This document shows, piece by piece, positions 59,201 through 64,000 of a DNA stretch of 64,000 bases. This DNA is from a virus. The number at the start of each line of letters is the position of its first letter. Position 1 is the first letter of the stretch. Made by a program: the position numbers and the translations under genes. Where the stretch lies: positions 2,286 to 66,285 of IMG/VR virus record IMGVR_UViG_3300047094_002183, one strand, 5' to 3'. The notes beneath the pieces were generated by a model. That model saw only the letters and a program-made list of their open reading frames with translations. It did not search any database and had not been told where the DNA came from.

Positions 59201-59516
59201 CCGGGACGGCAGTGATAGTTGTATCACTCTCGCCGAGATTGTGCACGTAATATTGCAGCATGGCGTCGTCGATGTGAACCTTCACATACGGAAGGTCAAC
59301 AACCGAACCCGGCTGGCGCTGCGGCCACGGATAGCATGTGTCGTTCAGCCGGTCGTACGTGCCGAGCAGCGTGTGCTTCTTTTCATCCGTGTTGCTGTAA
59401 CGATGGAGAACGGCGTGAGGGCCGGCGATGTGAGCGCGCAGCGGCTCCGTGATCTCGGTCGGGACGATCTTGAATTCTTGGAAAACGAGAACTTGGGGTT
59501 TTACGTAGCTCGACAT
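56283..59516 (-). CDS. contractile tail sheath protein (1077 aa)
   Basis: N-terminal YVKPQVLVFQEF; C-terminal AALAGL......HQPLTN, LNRLAEAGTW, RHALTT and VPAPLNNIELHLVV sheath motifs; GGAGG Shine-Dalgarno. Confidence 0.9.
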   Translation of the reverse strand: MSSYVKPQVLVFQEFKIVPTEITEPLRAHIAGPHAVLHRYSNTDEKKHTLLGTYDRLNDTCYPWPQRQPGSVVDLPYVKVHIDDAMLQYYVHNLGESDTTITAVPGKMNWIQSSTLSFKSNGAAYPRSGVFFDRDVQLGDVVQLRSVSADNDCEETVLSTYVTGFASDLVPSRILPATADVNNQDSYTALSVNGVDVTVSQIDGVDNSVAVTVLDAEDEGANDYDGLAAGYVEEEYVVEVVKSSVAGCAAARLRVTSASGTDDVAEIQPNDFDDADGVTFIGTRGLSVRFTTVNLDQFVVGQKWKFDVKQTYEKVKAVSDADGVNATGESVNGVMGDLDILGAYAGAKNDTYVIECTKGGVWADLPEITVRTVKGLDFSGPTEVAGDGVGGNAVSVNIGTNGVKVKFKSFTDGQEDDYAVPGLRKGDKWYITVNSSQAGPVRKLILRDDLPVALLTQDNVPVDKVGPISITNVGGGYGTVPAVTFSAPGEGVVGAATATGTAVLGTGDNAGKVVGITVTNRGAGYTVAPTITIAAPPAGGGSVTATATCQLISGEDMDLKLFIKDDIQISKNRIGFAPMTNFWYEDTQICVQEGIVAYHPEWTSAGAEQPLNVMAGKVYVEYREWLAELADEVNSISDVANLDQIKGQLDPDNPLKWGVYKALSNSNGTVVKYTAVADPELFDEEGRSLGPDLAKWAQVLERIKGRDDMYNLVPMTFDRRVQNLWAAHIGGESNEIANNWKAGFFAVKAHPVAKVAGQGALIAGVLGEEVVDPVLATLSDDPNATNTQYTRLTVTSGNGYFITNDVRPGDVVRYNYTVDGFGEEQYEEYVVDAVVSESTLLLYSGGDVAVTVPQRVEIYHNRTRNEVVDDIVQQAGSLSNRRVCAVWPDQVGEAGTVQPGYYLSAALAGLVSGVVPHQPLTNVEVAGFDDYSRSYKYFNETQLNRLAEAGTWIVTEDKDGTPFTRHALTTDNLDLNRREEMIRRNVDSMSYLFLRRLRPFIGRTNAQPGMVARLKYEVTAVIDFLSSNGYTEELGSQLISGSIRKLQIHPLLKDRIEIVLDLVVPAPLNNIELHLVV

Positions 59517-59613
59517 GCGTCAGCCTCCGTGCCTAAATTTGTGTGCGGTATGGTGCTCAGCAGTAGTATACACAACCACGCGTTTCAAAAAAAAATACAC
59601 GACCGCAAAATTC

Positions 59614-60324
59614 TTAATAGGACAGTAAATCTGATGCCTTAAAGACAATCCGCTTTAAACGCGGTACGTACGGCTGGAGCGTCCAAGCTTCCTCGGCGAC
59701 ATACGAAACAGTGACAGGTACGGCATAACCCTGTACAACTTCTTGAATCTCTCCTATCCCACCAACCTCGGCCACAATAAACCGGTGAAGGTTCATTTGG
59801 TCGCGGATGAGGGGCGAAAAATTGATTAAAAACTTAACGACTTCCGTCGTTAAAAATTCGGTTTCAGCGCCGTTTGGAGACAGGCAATACAGTGTGTGAC
59901 TGCCCTCCCACACTCCGGCGTACGCATCAGCACCAGTATACTCATTTTTACTTGCCAAATCACCAATACCCTGCCGCAACCATTTCCAGCCGTTGCGTTT
60001 AATTAACACAGCCGGGCGTTTATCGGCAGTTTGGGGCAGCCAACGAGTAATACTTTCTATCAAAATGCCGCCGGCGTTCAAACCGTTATCTACCGGCTGC
60101 CACGCGCCAAGGTTCTGGATGTGCTTCCGTACGCGCGGCTCGTCAATATTGCTCGGGTCAGAGAAGTGCCCGATTAACAATTGCCGTAAAAGCCCGGTCA
60201 TAACGTGCGGGCGCATACCATAAGAACATAGCGTGCTGACCTTATCAACACGGTTCTCCGGCTCGCTGCCCGGCGGGAACTGGGCTTCAACCTCTGGCGG
60301 ATTTGAGTCGTCGTAGGTACTCAC
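59614..60324 (-). CDS. tail terminator / head-tail junction protein
   Basis: 236 aa upstream of the sheath; RPAVLIKR motif; synteny. Confidence 0.6.
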   Translation of the reverse strand: MSTYDDSNPPEVEAQFPPGSEPENRVDKVSTLCSYGMRPHVMTGLLRQLLIGHFSDPSNIDEPRVRKHIQNLGAWQPVDNGLNAGGILIESITRWLPQTADKRPAVLIKRNGWKWLRQGIGDLASKNEYTGADAYAGVWEGSHTLYCLSPNGAETEFLTTEVVKFLINFSPLIRDQMNLHRFIVAEVGGIGEIQEVVQGYAVPVTVSYVAEEAWTLQPYVPRLKRIVFKASDLLSY

Positions 60325-60478
60325 GCAACGGGTCCTTTTTTGGCTGTTCCAACATCTTTACGGGCGGCAACATTTTCGGCAGTTTTGACCCAAGCTTGAT
60401 TTTGGCTAGTTGCGGCACGTGCTTGGCCGCTTCTTTGGCAGCATTGGCTTCGGCTGTTTCGTCCGCATTTTCGCGCAT
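60287..60478 (-). CDS. possible small hypothetical protein
   Basis: ATG 2 nt after the neck gene stop; overlaps the next gene by 38 nt. Confidence 0.35.
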   Translation of the reverse strand: MRENADETAEANAAKEAAKHVPQLAKIKLGSKLPKMLPPVKMLEQPKKDPLREYLRRLKSARG

Positions 60479-60480
60479 AC

Positions 60481-61743
60481 TTAAATCGCCCAGAAGTCAT
60501 TTTTGTCCGCTTCTTTGGCCGGTTTTGTCTGCACAGGTATGTTACGCGACGCACTTGGCTTTAATACAGGTGCGACGTCGGCCGCGTTGCTCATAATAGC
60601 GGCCGGGGCTGTCACTGTGAGCGCCTGCACGTCTGGGCCGTAATCGCCGACACGTTCAAATAACAAAACGTAATTACCGGGATTGAGCTTTAAACCTGTG
60701 TCCCAACGCCCGCTTCCTGCCGTGTTTGCCCGCGCAATCGCGACATCACGGGCTGGAAAACTGGGTTGCGCCGCGGCATAGACGGCCGCTGGAAACACGT
60801 ATACTGTCGCCCCTTCAATTGGGCAGCCGGCGCCATTGTAATAAGCTAACGTATCGGGCCCGCCGTAGTTATGGTCTACAAGCACGCTCCCGGCGCCTAC
60901 AATTGGTCGCCTGTATACCGGTGTTTCTGCTGGCGCGCCGGTAACGTCTAACGCGTAAATTGGGTTGCTAAACGGCATTAAACCCAGCTGCACGTTATAC
61001 ACAATGGGTACGTTACGTAGCGCCGCAATGATCTGAATTGATTCCACCAGCCAGCGCTCATCACTGGCGGCGTTAACCCAGACGTCATTTTTATTTAGCG
61101 CCGGAAATCCGATTACGCGGGCTGTGATATATGGATTGTCGCGTGTTGTGCCTTTAAGCTGCTCGTCAACTTGTTCCGTAATCGTCGGCAGCGACAGGTC
61201 CCAGCACTGCAGTTCCAGCGGCGGATGATAGCCAACCCTAAACCCGGTACCTTGGCAGACGGGGCAGTCCGAGTCTGTGATTTCTTGAGTTAGCTGGTCA
61301 CGGCAGCGCGGACACGGCTCACCAAAACGCATTGGTTTGACTAAATAGCCGGGCGTCGCAACGAGCCTATTGCGCACTTGTTCTTTGCGAATAATCTCAC
61401 GCGACAGCGCCCAGTCGTGCTCGTTTAGTTCGCCGAAACAGCTGGCCGGTTGCGAGACGTATGTTTCCGCCGGTGTTGTGAGCGTGACGCGGTAATGGCT
61501 GAGTAAATCGTAGCCAGAGTCGTGCCAAGCCGGGTCATAGGCTACAAAGCCGTTGGTAACAGGCGGGCCAATGTTTACCCAGTCGTTGGCGTTGCGCAGC
61601 CCTGTTTTGCCGAACTGCAGCTGGAATACATACGGTCCCGGCTGCTTAAAATCTGTTTCAAGCTGCCACCAGACACGGGTAACGCCGCGGACCATATGAT
61701 CCACAGATACGCGGCGAAAAGGGAATATGCGCTGTTGCGACAT
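60481..61743 (-). CDS. neck / head-closure protein with a C-terminal Ig-like extension
   Basis: CPRC...CPVCQGTGF.VGY motif characteristic of large-phage neck proteins; synteny. Confidence 0.65.
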   Translation of the reverse strand: MSQQRIFPFRRVSVDHMVRGVTRVWWQLETDFKQPGPYVFQLQFGKTGLRNANDWVNIGPPVTNGFVAYDPAWHDSGYDLLSHYRVTLTTPAETYVSQPASCFGELNEHDWALSREIIRKEQVRNRLVATPGYLVKPMRFGEPCPRCRDQLTQEITDSDCPVCQGTGFRVGYHPPLELQCWDLSLPTITEQVDEQLKGTTRDNPYITARVIGFPALNKNDVWVNAASDERWLVESIQIIAALRNVPIVYNVQLGLMPFSNPIYALDVTGAPAETPVYRRPIVGAGSVLVDHNYGGPDTLAYYNGAGCPIEGATVYVFPAAVYAAAQPSFPARDVAIARANTAGSGRWDTGLKLNPGNYVLLFERVGDYGPDVQALTVTAPAAIMSNAADVAPVLKPSASRNIPVQTKPAKEADKNDFWAI

Positions 61744-61745
61744 GT

Positions 61746-62765
61746 CTAGTACCGAATACGAATAGCGTCACTGTAAGAGCTGTACTTGTACGTTGACGAA
61801 ACCTCGCTGTAACACCCCTCAAGATTAATGCTGGCTTTTGTCGCCCGCACCCAGTCTTTGTACGCCTGCCAGCGCGCTTGTGCCGCGCGTTCGTAATTCG
61901 CTTCTTTGTTCTGGTCGTCGACAGACATGCCGCCGGCTGTATAGCCCAGTTGATTGCGGCGAAATTGCTCCGCGACCATCATGAACAAGTTGGCGCAAAT
62001 CCCTTCGAGCCAATGATATCTAAACGGAAAATTCTGCGTTGTGTACACAGCGTCAATTGGCGGCGGGATCTCGTTCCAGTACATCACAGGGCGCGTAATA
62101 GCCAGCGCAATCTCGGCGTCGTCGAACATGAAGTTATCCAGCAAAAAGCTTTCGCTGGGGCTTGAGTCGCGCAAATGTAGCCGGATCTCAGCAATACTGG
62201 GCGGGCCGCCGTAGCCAGCTTGCTCGTTGCCAAACGTGCTGCGCGCAATAACCACAGAGAATGTGTTGGAAAAAATGACGCAGCGGGCTGTGCCGGCGTC
62301 GGCCGGCGCCGTAACAAGGGCCATTTCGCCGTAATAGATGCCCGGAATACCAACCATGTTGGCGCCAAGCTGTGCCGTTACTTGGCCCGTGGCGGCGTCT
62401 GTAACGGTCGCGGGCACTTCAACCGGCGCGTTTCCAACCCCCAGAGACAGCTGCTCCTTGATGCGAAATACGACGGCGTAGGGATTATTTGGCGGCGTAC
62501 TCGGACCAAAACCGGCGCCTGTCAGGTCAACCGGTGCGCCGGCATTGTCGTGCAGCTGCCACGTAATCGTCGCGCACTGCCCCTGCGTCAACGACACAGA
62601 TCGCATGCGCGACAGGTTTGGCTTGCCGTTGACCGTCGACACATTTGAGCTGATGACGTTCTGCCCGATTGCAGCAACCGGTGGCTGCGGCTCTTGCCCG
62701 GTGGTGTCTGTGTTATTGCAACATGTCACAATTGGGTGCGGCGCAGGCGTGGCAATAACTACCAT
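61746..62765 (-). CDS. head-tail adaptor (neck) protein with an N-terminal BppU-like domain
   Basis: PVDLTGA...DAATGQV N-terminal module; C-terminal IRLHLRD...WNEIPP...RRNQLGYTAGG.SVDD. Confidence 0.65.
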   Translation of the reverse strand: MVVIATPAPHPIVTCCNNTDTTGQEPQPPVAAIGQNVISSNVSTVNGKPNLSRMRSVSLTQGQCATITWQLHDNAGAPVDLTGAGFGPSTPPNNPYAVVFRIKEQLSLGVGNAPVEVPATVTDAATGQVTAQLGANMVGIPGIYYGEMALVTAPADAGTARCVIFSNTFSVVIARSTFGNEQAGYGGPPSIAEIRLHLRDSSPSESFLLDNFMFDDAEIALAITRPVMYWNEIPPPIDAVYTTQNFPFRYHWLEGICANLFMMVAEQFRRNQLGYTAGGMSVDDQNKEANYERAAQARWQAYKDWVRATKASINLEGCYSEVSSTYKYSSYSDAIRIRY

Positions 62766-62797
62766 AGTGCTGTTCTCCGGTTATCTCATCAGTATAC

Positions 62798-62833
62798 AAA
62801 TAGAAAGGGCTGGCCAGTAACGGCCAGCCCTTC
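62798..62833 (-). terminator. intrinsic terminator after the head gene cluster
   Basis: - strand AAGGGCTGGCC-GTTACT-GGCCAGCCCTT followed by TCTATTTG. Confidence 0.75.
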
Positions 62834-62859
62834 CGTGAAACGATTGCGCTTGCGTGAGA

Positions 62860-63213
62860 TCAGTCGTCGTTCTGGACGAAGTTCGGGTCTGCGCCTTGCG
62901 AGTACGACGGGTCAGTCGTACCAAGAACGCGGCCGGCCATCGCCAGTTCAGCCGTACCGACACCATCCTCGTCGAGGATGTACACAGACGGGGACTTAAT
63001 GATCTCAAGGTCGCCGTTCAGCAGGGCGCGTTCCAGCGCCTGAAAATTCCTCTGGCTACGCTGGGCGCCCAGCGCGCCGACAAGGTCACCGGGGACCGTG
63101 AACGTCGCATTGTTAGCCAGCCGCTTGCCGTGCTTGCTCAGAAAGCCGAACACCCGGTCCGCGCCGGACGTGTTCTTCACTGTTGTATACAGGTCAGTTG
63201 TCGTGTTGGGCAT
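62860..63213 (-). CDS. hypothetical head-associated protein
   Basis: 117 aa, GGAG Shine-Dalgarno, downstream of the capsid gene. Confidence 0.7.
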   Translation of the reverse strand: MPNTTTDLYTTVKNTSGADRVFGFLSKHGKRLANNATFTVPGDLVGALGAQRSQRNFQALERALLNGDLEIIKSPSVYILDEDGVGTAELAMAGRVLGTTDPSYSQGADPNFVQNDD

Positions 63214-63231
63214 TGTTCACTCCGTTATTCT

Positions 63232-63615
63232 TTAGGCGTTCTGCATGGCCGCAGCCGCGGCGGCTTGCAACGTTAAAACAGCCTGCGCAATTGCAGGCGT
63301 CGCGGCCGCTACGTCGGCAGCGCCGGCGTAAGCAGACGACTTCTCAGCGCGGCCGCCAAGGCCCGCGGCGGCAAGTACCTCGTCAAGCTGCTTGTTAGCA
63401 GCACTGAGCGAGGATACTTGCGCAGCCGCGGCCTTTTCCTGTTCAGCCGTGTAGAGCACATGCAGTTTGGACGCCGCCGACCACATTTCTGCGGCCTCGC
63501 TTTCCGAGCGCGGGGCAATCCCGTGCGCGGCAAGCTTTTCGAAGAAATGCGGCGCAGCAAGTTCCGTCACGATTGTGGCGTATGCCTGCTCAGCCGCTAC
63601 CTTAACATTGTCCAT
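63232..63615 (-). CDS. Ala-rich head-associated protein with K-x-A motifs
   Basis: 127 aa, AAGGAG Shine-Dalgarno; VKVAA, FFEKLAA and EKAAA. Confidence 0.7.
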   Translation of the reverse strand: MDNVKVAAEQAYATIVTELAAPHFFEKLAAHGIAPRSESEAAEMWSAASKLHVLYTAEQEKAAAAQVSSLSAANKQLDEVLAAAGLGGRAEKSSAYAGAADVAAATPAIAQAVLTLQAAAAAAMQNA

Positions 63616-63650
63616 AACTAGTGCTCCTTGTAATTAAAACGTACGCAATA

Positions 63651-64000
63651 TCACTTGAAGTCAACGCGAGCCAGACCGTTCGTGTGACCGAACGAGCCGC
63701 CTTGCGTCTGGTAGGCAAAGTACTCCAGCATGAACGCCTCACGACGGATGTACATCGTGGTGGGCTCAAGCTCGTAGTTCTTGCCGATGAACTTCGGCGA
63801 CGCGAACATGAACAACGAGTCGTCAGGCACAAGATCGCGCTTGATCGTAACAATCCAGCGAGTGTTGAGGAAGTTAGTCTCCGCCCAACCGTTCTTGATG
63901 ATGTCCTGCGAGAAGTCGCCGCCCATTTCGTCGCGGCCGAACTTCAGCAGTTCCTTGATGGTGATGTTGTTCACCAAGCAAGTCTCCACTTCGAAGTGCG
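63651..64000 (-). CDS. major capsid protein, C-terminal part (5'-truncated by the window)
   Basis: Frame open to the edge; ends FASPKFIGK...EYFAYQTQGGSFGHTNGLARVDFK, like HK97-fold capsid C-termini of large phages; upstream of the neck genes. Confidence 0.65.
   Translation of the reverse strand, partial: HFEVETCLVNNITIKELLKFGRDEMGGDFSQDIIKNGWAETNFLNTRWIVTIKRDLVPDDSLFMFASPKFIGKNYELEPTTMYIRREAFMLEYFAYQTQGGSFGHTNGLARVDFK

Noticed and set aside
35782-59516. Bacterial contractile injection system (eCIS/T6SS) or tailocin
   Set aside because: Terminase, capsid-like and neck genes, a tRNA and phage-type accessory genes indicate a complete phage; no host housekeeping genes or integrase were seen.
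59587-59595. A9 tract upstream of the sheath as a phase-variation site
   Set aside because: It is a single short intergenic homopolymer with no evidence of variability, and could simply be part of a promoter or terminator.
1-64000. Stop-codon reassignment, as in some large phages
   Set aside because: Genes are long and tightly packed under the standard code, and TAG, TGA and TAA all terminate credible genes.

Overview
This window is most consistent with a 64-kb segment of a large (probably jumbo) contractile-tailed dsDNA bacteriophage, read in the standard genetic code. Almost all genes are on the - strand. The right half (about 20.8-64 kb) is a myovirus morphogenesis module. In transcription order it contains the capsid C-terminus, neck proteins, a tail terminator, a 1077-aa sheath, the tube, a gp5/VgrG-like protein, chaperones, the tape measure, the baseplate with an embedded sigma-70-type factor, five paralogous Cys-rich proteins, a 2519-aa Cys/Pro-repeat plus collagen fibre and a second collagen protein. 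The left half is an accessory or early region: DUF1257/DUF2997 genes, a DUF5664 hydrolase, a GNAT, tRNA-Thr(UGU), a pyrimidine-dimer glycosylase-like gene, a degenerate primase-like protein, CsrA and many hypotheticals. Several genes suggest a Planctomycetota host (inference). The most striking unexplained structure concerns the only three credible + strand genes (terminase, a KxA-motif protein and a 91-aa protein). Each sits inside the - strand gene run with no intergenic DNA, sharing or abutting start codons (CATG/CATATG) and sharing or overlapping stop codons. Other notable signals are a strand-specific G-U-rich RNA hairpin, a small domain present both free and fused to cadherin-like repeats, and a candidate -1 frameshift between the tail chaperones. 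All product calls come from motif recognition and synteny by eye; no searches were run.
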